A stretch of DNA of 64,000 nucleotides from contig MU008165.1 in NCBI GenBank assembly GCA_010909165.1, positions 620,001-684,000 on the forward strand, written 5' to 3'. The notes below the pieces were generated by a model. It was not told the DNA's origin. It did not search any database and was given only the letters and a program-made list of their open reading frames with translations. The first letter of the stretch is position 1. The number at the start of each line of letters is the position of its first letter. Shown in pieces: positions 36,855-48,724 of this stretch. The stretch is from Anthoceros angustus (taxonomy: Eukaryota; Plantae; Anthocerotophyta). The translations under genes were made by a program, and so were the position numbers.

Positions 36855-37274
36855 ACTAATCCATGAATTTTTGTGAAATATAACCTTCACATCTCAAGTC
36901 ACCAATGGCGATACAACTCCTTCCGCAAGCACGCCAATAAAGTTGTGCCTCCCAGAGCATGCATCCGTAACCCAATCTCCTCTCGAGAAGGTTGTAATAA
37001 GTCTCATCATCAACCCTAGTGGTCTCGTAAAAGGCACTACCAACTTGTCATGAAAACCTGCTTTGACAATCGTCATTATGAGCAATGACTGACCTTCCAT
37101 TGTTGAAAGTTCCCAGATAGCATTTGTAGCATTGCAATTATGTCCTTTCGTGCTCCCATCCTTCGCACTCCAACCGAAGTTATGTATTCCACAAGCCTCA
37201 AATCCACCCCTGCTATTGTTCATGTTTGTCTTGTCCCATACGAACAACACCAAGCCCCCGCTATGTCGTTTCAT
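36855..37274 (-). pseudogene. C-terminal part of a beta-class N4-cytosine/N6-adenine DNA methyltransferase (N6_N4_Mtase-like)
   Basis: VWDKTNMNN...PFTRPLGLMMRLITTFSRGDWVTDACSG, then after frameshifts GTTLLACLR and SCIAI. This matches the P..KP..L..RLI...S..GD.VLDPF.GSGTT..AA...GR..I.IE SAM-binding region. The catalytic DPPY/SPPY motif is not present. Confidence 0.7.
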
Positions 37275-37899
37275 GGGAAACAGAGCACCTAAGACTCTAT
37301 GACCGGATATCGACTAGAGCATCCCGGCATAAGCCCGTGAGGCCAAATGAACTAGACATCGATCGAGCATCTCGCATAAGCCCCATGTCAAGTGTTGATG
37401 ATGTCATGTACATGGCTCATGGATGGCCTGACATGACTTGTATGACATGTATGCATGCATGCGTATGGAGATGAAGGATGACATGTGAGGAATGTGACAT
37501 GTGATGTGTGATGTCATGGCGCATGCAATCTATGTCGTGGTAAACAACAAATTAGAGATGTGTAGGGTGACTAGAGGCGGGCCTGGGTCAAGGCCCGGAT
37601 TCCTCCTAATTCCGACGTCCCGGACTCACTCAGCTCAACGCCCAGACACTCTCACCGACCAACTTGAGGTCAGTTTTAGGACCTTACTTTACTTACCTTA
37701 GCCATATTTTCCTTTTGTTGAAATAGGCTAGGATATTTGCTTGAAGGGTACATATATTTGACCAACCAAACTAACACATTCCCATTTGTTTTCGTGTGTG
37801 CTTAGTTAGGGTTTGTTTCATTAACAACACCTAGGAGTTGACCTAGGTTGGCCGTAGAGGTACCTAGAAGTGCTGCAGGTGAAGGACACCCATGATGAC

Positions 37900-38240
37900 T
37901 CACACCAAGGGTGCTGAGGCTGTAGAAATCATGGGCAAGCAAGGGACCAACTGCCAAGTGAATCTGAGCGTGGAGATTGAGATGGACGCTGGACAAAAGG
38001 AGGGAGGCGCCCATTGTAGGTGTTGTTGAAGTCGTGCCTGAGAGCGCTGTAAGGAGAAGAAGCATTGCACTGGGAATTTTGTGTGGAATGTGTTGATGTT
38101 TTCCTTGGGATCGAACTTGGGAGGGCGATCCGCTGTGGGCGCGATTTCCAGACCGCCAGCCTCACAATCGTGTGAGGCCCTACATCCAACAGCAGCGATG
38201 CTGTTCAACAGGCGCGCGATTTTTACTTCAACAACCTTCA
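37900..38240 (-). pseudogene. Possible gag remnant of another LTR element
   Basis: PPKFDPKENINTF resembles the start of a retrotransposon gag domain; the rest is degraded. Confidence 0.35.
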
Positions 38241-38322
38241 AATGTCAATCTGGAGCATGCCAAGAGGAGGAGGAGGAGGCCCGTCCATACTGGACAGTCC
38301 CAGGGCACCCACAACACACCCT

Positions 38323-38355
<33 letters not shown>

Positions 38356-38930
38356 TCTCCACAGGTTTGCCTGATTCAGAAACATCGATTGTTCGCCTCG
38401 AGACATCATCTATTGTACGGAGGAAATTTTGTTCAATTTAGAGTCAATGGGATTAACCTTGATGCTTTTGTTTTGGTCTGTCTAGTTAGCATTGCGCCAA
38501 CATACACGCTGCTATGGGCTAGCTGGCACTGGCATTTCGGTCTCATTACAGTAGGTCTGCTTTGCAGCTGACTTGTTTCACGGCCGTTGTCTGGTTTGCA
38601 GCAAGCCTGTGCAGTGCTAGCTTCTTTTCCTCTTCCAGCCTAGCTAGACCCTTTTCTTGTATGTGCTTTCATGGGGATGCACTGAGGAGGAGGATACAAG
38701 CCCGCGCTTACAGGCTTCGAACTCGCCACATTTCCAGTCACCCCTGAGCGCCTACAGCCTAGGAGGAGGAGGACAAGGCGACAACAGCTGGGTAGAGGAG
38801 GTGGAGGATAACATTAGGCCCGGGACACCACCCGCCACCTCAAGATCTGTGGACAACTGGTCTCCTTGATCGAGCTCACATCATGGTGCGGACAACCTTG
38901 ATTCCGAGGAGGAGGAGGCCCGTCCATACT

Positions 38931-39254
38931 GGGACAGTCCCAAGCTTAGCCAGACAGCCCAAGCGGCCATCCTCGGGACAGTCCCAGGGCACCCACACTT
39001 GGGACAGTCCCAGGGCACCCACACTTGGGACAGTCCCAGGGCACCCATACTGGACAGTCCCAGGGCACCCATACTGGGACAGTCCCAGGGACACCCATAC
39101 TCGGGACAGTCCCAGGGACACCCATACTCGGGACAGTCCCAGGGGCACCTATACTCAGGACAGTCCCAGGGGCACCCACACTTGGGACAGTCCCAAGTGC
39201 AGCAGCTGGAACAGTCCCAGGCTCAACCATACTTGGGATACTCGGGACAGTCCC
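38931..39254 (+). repeat. About 12 copies of a 25-27-bp repeat with palindromic core GGGACAGTCCC, at the gag N-terminus
   Basis: Units such as GGGACAGTCCCAGGGCACCCATACTC; one frame reads GQSQGHPYS repeats. Confidence 0.9.
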
Positions 39255-41959
39255 AACTCCAACTCCACTTGGACCAGGATCTATCCGAGGATTCAGACGC
39301 TATGGAGGGAGGAGGGACCTCTTACAGGCAGGAGCGCTTTTCAGGAAGGCCAGGTACACAACCATTGCGGGACTTCAAGCTGTTTGTCAACAGCATGATC
39401 AGCCGAGTGAAGTTCAAGCATGGAACGCGACAATCATCGGTACATGTTCGAGCAGTTGTCCAGCTACTTGACAGATGAAGCGCTGGATTTGTATGAGGTC
39501 CACCAGGTTGAGTTGCTGTCCACAGCAGCCACTCCTAACCCGATCTTTCAGAATGCGCTGGCCTACAATGCAAAGTTGGCCTCGGGATCATTGCGCATCA
39601 GGCTGGGATCGCTGATGGATCTGTCCAGCCCACAGAGCCTCCACCCACAGTCACCAGCTTGACTGCGGAGAGAACAGCGGCCACTTGGGAGTGGATGAGT
39701 TCATTCACACGCCCAAACATGCCAACCCGGTGGAGGAGTTTCTGCAGATTCTGGAGAAGGCGTTTCCACTCAAGACGCCAGAGAAAATCGCTGAGCTTGC
39801 TAGCTTTGCGCAAGAAAGGGAGACAGTCCAGATGACCTTCCAAGGCTGCAGGTTGCGTGAAGGGACCGGAATGCTCACAGATCAGGAGGTCATGAGAAGT
39901 TCCTTACAGCTGGGGGACTCCTTGTTCCATTTCCAGCTTGTCACCTCTCTGGTGGACAAGTACGAGACCGGTACACCTTGAACAGGTGCACGAGGAGGCA
40001 GAGCGCAAGGAAATTGCCTTTTCTGCCTATGCCTCCCGGCATTCCAAGGCATTCACCCACTACTGACCAGCAGCAGAGGGGTGACTGCAGGCGGACCTCA
40101 GGATCAGTCCGAGTAACCAGGCTAAACCGCTAAAGCAGGTGCTGCAGCGACTGTGGAAGGCACATGTAATCGCTGTGGAGTCCCGAGCACATGGCACTGC
40201 AAGTGTCCCCCAGGGACTAGTGTGCTCCCATTGCCACAAGACGGGCCACCTTGAAACGGTCCCAAAAGCATCCGAGCGCCGGAGCCAGCGGAGGAGCTTC
40301 CAATGTGACGAAAAGTGCACTAACACAGTTTCTGCCAGTGCCTCATCAGCGGGCGCACTGGAGTTTCACGAGCAAGCAGCAGCGTGACAAGGCAAAGGCC
40401 AAGGTGGCTGCAAGTGCTGATAAGGTCGCCTGCTGGAGGCATCCATTGCACCACGCGCAGATGGGTACACTCATTGCTAGCCTTAACTCTGGTGCCTCAG
40501 CAGCTGGCCCTGTAGGAGCAGCCGCACTTGTTCCTATGCCAAGTGAGGATGAAGAAGACTATGGACCACCGCAAGCTTGCGTGGTTCACTGTTCGCCCAT
40601 CATGGAGCAGTCCTCATCGTTACCAGCAACATGGGTGGGTCAAGAATTGCACTCAGCAATTGTAGACGCTGCATCTGGAACTGGACCAGTCACTGACCTC
40701 GAGGGCGCGGCTATGCCTCAGTCCTTCAGCACGCTCCCATCAGGAGTGGTCCTCCCATTCGAGGACAAGATCATCTCAGCGAGGATGCTGGCGGAATGGC
40801 ACGCTCAAGGGACAGCACCCCGAGCATTTACTGGGTCAGCTGTACTGCCTCAAGCTCTCACTGCTGAACAGCTGGCTAGGAGATTGACAGACGCCGGTGT
40901 TCTCTCTCATGACATGGGCTTGACTGCGCAACTACGCCAAGTGCTGGAGACAGGAACGCGGATGCATCCATTGACAGACAGGCCCCTGTTACAGCTCTGG
41001 CTGGTGCTGAATGTGAGGCATACCCACCGTGCTTGGGACAGGAGTTGTTCCGACGGTGGGACAGGCTCCCTTGCCGGGACAGGGGGGTGCTTCCTCTCCA
41101 GGGCCGAGGGTGTACTCCACTCAACGAGCTTCTCCAAACCAAGGTCACCCGATTCAGCCAACCAATCGGTTGTCGGCCAGAGTTTCCAATACCATGGTGG
41201 ACAACAGGAAGGGACACGTGCTGATCAATGGGGTTCAAGCTCGTCCTCCTTGATACAGGTGCGCAGCCGGTGATCATTGGCAAGACACTGGCAGCCAGAT
41301 TGCACCTAAGTGGTCCAGCCTTGCGCTGCTCACCCTGGAACATCCGGACAGCATCAGGTTCCTTGGAACCGTGTGTGGAGAAACATTGGCGGTATCTATC
41401 ACGTTGAAGCCTGGAACGGATGCTGCCATGACATTGGCTCTTCATTGCCTTGTCACAACGGCAACCAACTACGATATACTCCTTGGACAGGAGTTCCTGT
41501 TTCCACCAGGTGTCAGCGTGGATAACTGGATTGAGCAAGCTGCCTATCGCCCTGATTGGAGGAATGGAGGACATTGCTTACATTCCATTGGACTTGCATG
41601 GCAGTATCGACGTGATGCGCTGTCACCTTGGTTACGCCACAGGTGCTGATGGCCACTCTACAATCAGACCCAGCGCCTTGGGACTCCCACAGTCCCGTAG
41701 CCCGAGATTGTCTCAGTGGCTGTCCACGGCTCCTCGATACATGGAAGATTTGCTGGAGCCAGACCTCAAGGATGACCATGGGACAGCCACCAGTCTGTCG
41801 GCTGCCACATGCCTTGAGATGTCCTCCTGGACAGTGAGGGTGCTGATTCTTGCAGCTCCTCACTCCACAAGTGCAGCAAGCGCTGCAGCAGCTACCACCG
41901 CCGAGTGTCCACGTTTCGTCTGTGTCATTGACAAGTCTGTCATCACCTGGACACCACGG

Positions 41960-42870
41960 GCACCGGGCATTACAATGCTGGAACTGTTCGGAGGATTGTG
42001 CACAGGCCTGGAAGCTCTACTTCAGAATGGGCTAGTAGTCATGCGCTATATCTACTGCGACTCTGTCCGCAACCCGGCACATCGCTGAGTACAGGCTTCA
42101 AGGCTGCAGCAGCGTTTCTCAATTGCCTGCCACGCAACTGTCAGCACCTTTACAGCCTTCCTCAGGACATCCGGTACATACAGCATGTTCCAGCTACTCA
42201 CCCCATCGACGTGGTGGTGGCAGGATGGGAGTGCCAAGGCTTCTCCCAAGCTGGCACAGGGCGCAGGACCCCGCACCGCCTGTTTTGGGACTTGCAGCGT
42301 GTTCTCACCTGGGTCCAGGAGTTCAACCCAGGGTGCGCTTATGTTCTGGAGAACACACCGCTCAGCTGGAGCCGTCGCGCCGGACATGACGGTTGTTCAG
42401 CATCATGTGGGCACACCTCTTTTGCTGGATGCGGTACAGGTGGGCTCTCATCGGCCACGCAACTATTGGACCAATTTGGCTCACCAGCCTTTGCTGGACT
42501 TGGTCCTGTCCCGGACTACTCGGGACCCCACTCTCTTGGCCACAGTCCTGGAATCTCACCACCAGACCAGGCCAGTGCAACGGAGAAGCCGCCTTGGTAC
42601 CCTACCAATGTCCCGGGACAGCCCCGGCAAACTTTGCCTACCTTGGTGAGCTTTCCCAACTCCTATGCGTATAGGGGCCAAGGGACAGGCTTGCTTCTCA
42701 ACACCAATACTCGGGATTGGGAGGAGCCCACTGTGGAGGAGCGGGAGCGCATCATGGGATTTCACACCCATACCACTGCAGCTCCACAGGCCACTGTCCG
42801 CCAGCGCTGTGCCGCTTTAGGCAGAGCTATGGATCTCACAGCTCTGACCTGGCTTGTGAGTGCTTGCCTT
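41960..42870 (+). pseudogene. C5-cytosine DNA methyltransferase domain inside pol (at least 3 frameshifts in this assembly)
   Basis: Motifs in order: I MLELFGGLCTGLEALLQNG (41975), RYIYCD, PQDI, IV VVVAGWECQGFSQAG (Cys 42232-42234), VI YVLENT (42349), VIII RPRNYWTN (42452), TLVSF, IX-X EERERIMGF...ALGRAMD. Confidence 0.92.
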
Positions 42871-43229
42871 GCTTTTCAGCTCCTGTCCCGATCCGGAACA
42901 CTCGATGGAGTTGCGCATCCTGGGCACACCTGCACTGCTGATGCTGTGCATTTGCCCTTCCCCTGGCTACACCACCTGGTCTTATTGGATGGGGGAGAGC
43001 ATGAGGCATGGGCGCCCATGAATGTTTTTTCAGCATCCAGCCCTGGTGGTGGCTGGAGTCCCGATGGCGCAGTCCCGAGGCGGAGAGCCACCAGCACCTA
43101 GGCTCAAGCTATGTGCTGAGACTTTCCATGGACCATGGGACCCAAGCTTAGCGCTGGACAGCAGGCAGCCCCGCCGCCTTGATACTGCAAGGACAAGCCG
43201 CTTTCTCCATGAAGGAGCGAAGCGCAATG

Positions 43230-44460
43230 TGGCCATTTTTCACATCAATCTGACCAGCAAGGAGCCCATTTACCGGCGACGTTACAGGCTCAGCAGGACA
43301 GAGTGGGACATGGTGGATGCACGCTGTCAAGAACTGCTGGAAGCCGGGCTCATCCGTCCTTCACACTCGGACTATGCCGCTGCCACGGTCATGCCACCTA
43401 AGAAGGACAGCAATGGCCTATGGACAGAGAAGCGGATGTGTGGGGACTACCGCCCCATCAATGCTGTCACCGCCCAGGATCGGTACCCAATGCCGACTCC
43501 CGAGGAGATTTTCGACAGCATTGGCAACTCAACCTTCTTCTCCATACTCGACCTCGCAAGGCTTTAACCAGGTTCCAGTGGCTGAGGAGGACATCAAGAA
43601 GACCGCTTCCATGGTTCTCAGCAACTGTGGGAGTGGCTGGTTATGCCTTTTGGTTTCAAGAATGCACCAGTCACTTTTCAGCGTCATGGACATAGTGCTT
43701 GGGGTCTGCCAACTTGGTGTGTTACATTGACGATGTGCTTGTTCACAGCGTGGACTTTGAGTCACATCTGGTCCACCTGGAGGACCTGTTTCAGCGCTTG
43801 AGAAAAGCACAGCTGACATGCCACCCGCTAAGTGTGAATCGTGATATGCGTATCTTGGACACCGAATCGTGCCCAAAGGGTGATGCCACACTCAGCCAAG
43901 GTGCAGGCCATCTTGCAGGTCAAGGAGCCTACAAATGTGTCGGCTGGCCTTCTTGGGACTATGTAATTACTACCGAGTCTACATCCAAGGTTTTAGGATT
44001 GCCAAGCCTCAGCGACTTGCTACGCAAGGACGTCATTTGAGCTGGACAGAGGACAAACAGCAGGCCTTCGATTTGCTGAAGGCTCGGCTGACAAGCTCCT
44101 GTCATGGCTAGGCCTGATTTTGAGAAGCCGTCGTGCACACCGACTGGAGCATTTTGGGGCTTGAGCCGTGCTGGCTCAGCTAGATGAGGAAGGACAGGAG
44201 AGGGTGATTGCCTGCCTCTCGCAGCAACAATCGGGCTGAAGCAAATTACAGCAGTTACCAAGGGGAATGCTTAGCGGCCGTGTGGGCGGGGTTTGCCATT
44301 TCGCCCTACCTCTATGGTAAACCCTTCACGCTAGTCACTGACCATCAGCCTCTCAAGTGGCTGACTAACACCAAGCTCAGCGGGAAGCTGGCCATGATTC
44401 TACAAGATTATGAGTTTCAAGTTGTCCACCGCCGGAATCAAACACCAGAATGCCGACTGT
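43230..44460 (+). pseudogene. Reverse transcriptase and RNase H of the DNMT-bearing gypsy element
   Basis: PIYRRRYRLS...GLIRPS.SDYAAATVMPPKK...RMCGDYRPINAVTAQDRYPMP...FFSILDL; LVCYIDDVLVHS; YQGECLAAVW...FTLVTDHQPLKWL. Confidence 0.93.
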
Positions 44461-47400
44461 CCCGGAATCCCAGTGACAGTTGTGAGGATGCAACTGAAGC
44501 AAGGCAAGATGCTGATCCCAGCGACGCTGATATTTTCAGCACTGCGCTGGTGGCCATGAGCTGTCTTGGACAGTTGGAGGTGGGCAGTGGAGACAAACGG
44601 CCCAAGGATGTGTGGGAGGATTCCCACTTGCGACCTTCTTGCAGACTGGACAGTTGAATCCGACCATGGATACAGCTGAGCAGAAGCGAGTACAGCAAGC
44701 ACTTCTACCATGGCGTAGATGGTCAGCTGCTACGAAAGCTGCCAAATGGAGTGGATCGTCTTGTCCCACCGCTGACCGACCGAGCAGCTGATCCATCGAG
44801 TGCACAATGACATGGGGCACTTTGGAGTCAAGCGCACTTACAGCCTGCTGGTGCCTCATTTCTATTGGTACGGTATATGCACGCCAAGTCAAGCAACAGG
44901 TGGCCTGCTGAGAATGTGACAGGGTGAAGACGTCTTCACCATGCAAAGACTCTAACTCCACCCATCACGATCATGGCTGTTTAATGGTCGGTGATTTTGA
45001 CGGGGAGTGGAAGACCACATGTACACTAACCCTCCTGGATTGTTGGTTTGAATGTTTTTTTGTTTTTCTTATGTTTTGTGTGATGGAGTGCTTAGGAAAT
45101 GTCCGAGGCAAGGCCTTTTATACTAAAATGGTCCTTGGCCCATGACAATATTACTTTTACAAATAATTAGTCCTTGGGCCTCGAACTGAATATCAAGCCT
45201 AGAAGGTCCTTGGACCTTGGGATTTTAGGAATAAAATTGTCTATATAAGGTGGGGATCCTTCATTCAAAGAAGGGGCCTGTGAACAAGTGGAGACTGCAC
45301 CAGAGAAGTTCGGAAGCTAGCGGAGAGGTATAAGCGGAGAGAGGTGAGGCTAGGGCCGTGGTCAAGGGAGAGGCAAATCAAGAAGGGGAGCAACCACCAG
45401 TGGTCAAACAACCACCGCTAGAAGCAGCCACCACGGTGGTGGAGCCCCACCGTCATGGGGCACCACCACGGTGGTGGAGCCGCCATCGTCATGAAGAAGA
45501 AGGACCCAAGGTGGGGAAGCCACCGTCGAGCGTCAGAGGAGGATGCAACCCCTCGATTCCGTGAAGCACCGGATTGTCCATGGAGCCGCATACCTTCCGT
45601 GGTTGTGCTCGAGGAAATGAGCAAGGCGGAGGCTAGAGCATGGATGGAGGAACGACGCTTTGTCCAGGATGAGGAGCGAGGAAACGCAGGGGGGCAAGAC
45701 GGCGCGCCTCCTAGGAGGAGTGAAGGGACCTGGAGCGGGAGTGAGGTGGAGATATTAAGGGAGGATCTTTCGGATCGAGGCGTGGTAGGAGAGCGAGGGA
45801 ACACCCATGGGCCGCAGGGCTAGCCATGAGGCGGCACTGATTTTAGAGGGAGCGCATCATAGGTCGAGGCTTTCACTTGGATTAGAGGATAAGGTGCTAG
45901 GAAGCTTGTGAATTTGTAGATACCGAATTGGTGCCGTGGTAAGTTAGCCATCTTTAAACACCGGAGGTAGGTTAGCCATCTTTAGACACCGGGAAAGTGA
46001 GCTATGGCCATGCCGATGTATAAGAGACCCTTGAGTGTCTCTCTTAGACCCCTGTGAGCTCCGTGTCGAATTTGTGCTGGTTGGTTGGAGACATCCGATC
46101 GATGATGGGCTGATTCGGCAGGCCCCTCGTCACAAGAGGGCCGGGAGATCCTCGGATGGTCGAGAGCCGAGTGACCAAGCTCGCGTCTGGGTGACTAGTG
46201 GTGAAGGGTGCTCAATGCATGCCGGAGAGGGAAATTCCAGGGGACCGGGTGAGATCGCGGTGCGAATCGCCTGTGGAGCCGACCACTGCTTTTTTCCTTT
46301 CCCAACCCAGCCTAACCAGATTGTCTAATCCCAAGGAGGGTCTGTGTGGCCCAAGGAGGTCTGTGTGGCCCAAGGAGGGAGGAGGGGTCTGTGTGGCCCA
46401 AGGAGGGTCTGTGGCCCAGGAGGGGTCTGTGGCCCAAGGAGGTCTGTGGCCCAAGAGAGGTCTGTGGCCCAAGAGAGGTCTGTGTGGCCCAAGAGAGGAG
46501 GATCTGGGAACATCGCGCGGTGGTGTATGAGGTCCGGAAGAAAGGGGTGAGTGAGTGTGTGAAGAGGAGTCTAGGAAGTGGTGAGCGCGAGAGTCCGGAA
46601 AATGCGAACGCCGAGGAAGGTTGGGAATAAATTGGGGTCGAGGAAAGCGACGGAGTGAGGTGCGGACGCGGGCCATGGTGTACATCCACCGGAGCTCGGT
46701 GTGAATCCACATGAGTGTGACTTGGTGTACATGTGAATGTGCATAGGACCATAGCCCTTAACGCGTGTGGGAACCGGGCGCCAAATAGTCGATCGCGACG
46801 CCGGCCGGGTGGGTCCCACCACGTGGTCACCACGGGCAAACCAGCGCGGCGGAATCCACCACGGCGGTGGCGAATCCACCACGCCAGGTGAATCGTGGCG
46901 AATCCACCACGGCGGTGGCGAATCCACCACGGCGGCGGTGGCGAACCACCACTGGGGTCGAACTTACCATGGTCGGTTGATTATGGTAGGAACCGATTGT
47001 AGGAGGACTAGAATCCATAGTTTTAGAACATCTTGACACAAAACCATTCCCTTGGGATCGAATCCTAGGACTATAACGACATAGAGGGTAAATGTGGCCT
47101 CTTTGCCTTCGGATGCAAAACCCATTCCACATTTTGGCGCTGCTGGGAATGAAACTGGATTATAGGAAAGACTAACCATAGCTTAGGTGTCTAGTCTTTG
47201 AGTGTATTTAGTTTGGTAGATGGATGCCACGAGTTGAGTCGGAGGATTCAGTCAAGTCGGGAAGAGAAGCCTCAAGCCGGCGACAGCCAAGGGAAAGGTT
47301 GAAAAGGGTTGCGGATGGGAGTTGAGGAGGACCCAATTGGAGGACGACTTGCCGGAAGGAAGGGAGTAAGGAATCAAGGATTCGGGGTCCGATCTTGTTG

Positions 47401-48724
47401 GAGCAAGATCCCCAATCTGGTCTTGGACGAGGTACCACGGCCGAGGAACCTTGGTCCAAACTTGTCTTGACCTCTCTTCTAGGTGTGTGCGTCCAATCAA
47501 CTTCCGCATGGACGCTGTCAATCAACCACTGCCACCGAATCACCACGCTCATGTCCACCACTGCGGTGGTGGTCACCACCAAGCAACCTTACCTATGGAG
47601 AGGAAAGGGTATGAGGATCCCATGAATTTGTTGAGCGCTTTGAGCGACATTTGCAAACCAGAATCGGGTGATGCACCGATTCAAATTGCTCTATGGAGTT
47701 CTTCGGGGTCCAAAAAGTGGTATGACGCGACTCAAGTCCCCACACCCCAACCACCTTTGAAGAATTGAAGAATGCCTGTGAGAGGTTTAGGGGATTGACA
47801 TGGAGGGCTACGTGTTGTCCAAGCTTGAGAGGTTACAAAGAGAGAGGAAGGAAACCTGTGTATGTTGAGAGGTTTCATACCACGTGATCGTAGTGGTCCT
47901 CATTCGTGAGCCGCAGTAATACGGTGGTTCGCTAAAGGCCCTGGGTTCTAAGATGGGGAGACACGGTGGCAAGGAGAAGAATTTGGGCAAGGCTATCAAG
48001 GCGGCGCTAAATTACGAGGAATCTAACTAGGAGATGAAGAAGGCTAAGAAGGACAGAAGAAGTCCAAAACGGGAAAAGAAAGGGATTCCTCATCGCCCCT
48101 GGAGAAAGTTCCTCAGAGAGGAAAGCTCCTCAAGATTCCCAGGATTCCATGGAGGAAGAAACGAGTGACTTGGAGGAAGATTCCGATGGGGAGCGCACGG
48201 AGGAAAAAGAAGAAATCAAGGGTGAAGTGGAAGGAAGAGCGCGTGGGAACAAAGAGTCAGGGCGAAACAAGAGGCGTTGTGCAAAAAAGATGCGGAGCAA
48301 GCAAGGAGGGAGAGGCAACCAAGAAAGTGGAACAACATGCGGAGGAGAGGGCGACCCAATTCAAGAGGGGAAGGGAGACGATGGCCTCGAATGAGAAGGG
48401 AGAAAGAGCTTCACAAACCGACGATTCGGAAATTTGTGAGTATCCGGCACCGCCAAATTCCTCAAAACCTCTAAGGTACAAAGAACTGCGTCCATTACTC
48501 GCGACCGCTCGTAAGACACAAGACCAAGTTATATCGAATGGGACCGGACGGTAAAACGGTTATGGGTGACGATCGAGGTGTGGATGGGTCCGCTCGTGGT
48601 CCCGGAGGTTTTCCACAATGGTTCCATCCACCGCAGATTTGAATGGTCGCCAACCGAGTTGGTTGGCGAGTTGAAAAGTATTATCAATAAGTTGGCGAGG
48701 ACGCCAACAAATGAGAAGGGAGTA

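Larger units (their letters stand above)
38880..44950 (+). mobile_element. Ty3/gypsy retrotransposon carrying a C5-cytosine DNA methyltransferase (gag-PR-DNMT-RT-RH-IN), truncated in integrase
   Basis: gag ERFSGRPGTQPLRDF and CSHCHKTGH; protease LLDTGAQPVIIGK (about 41245) and YDILLGQEFL; DNMT 41960-42870; RT RMCGDYRPIN, LDL, MPFG, YIDD; RH ECLAAVW, TDHQPL; integrase zinc finger HNDMGHFG. No LTRs identified. Confidence 0.92.

Noticed and set aside
38322-38351. (CAG/GCA)n tract as a polyQ or polyA gene
   Set aside because: Short microsatellite inside a mosaic patch with no surrounding coherent ORF.
44990-45010. Target-site duplication for the family B array
   Set aside because: LTR1 lacks the initial TG, LTR3 lacks the final CA, and the flanks (GGGGA versus TGTGG) do not match.
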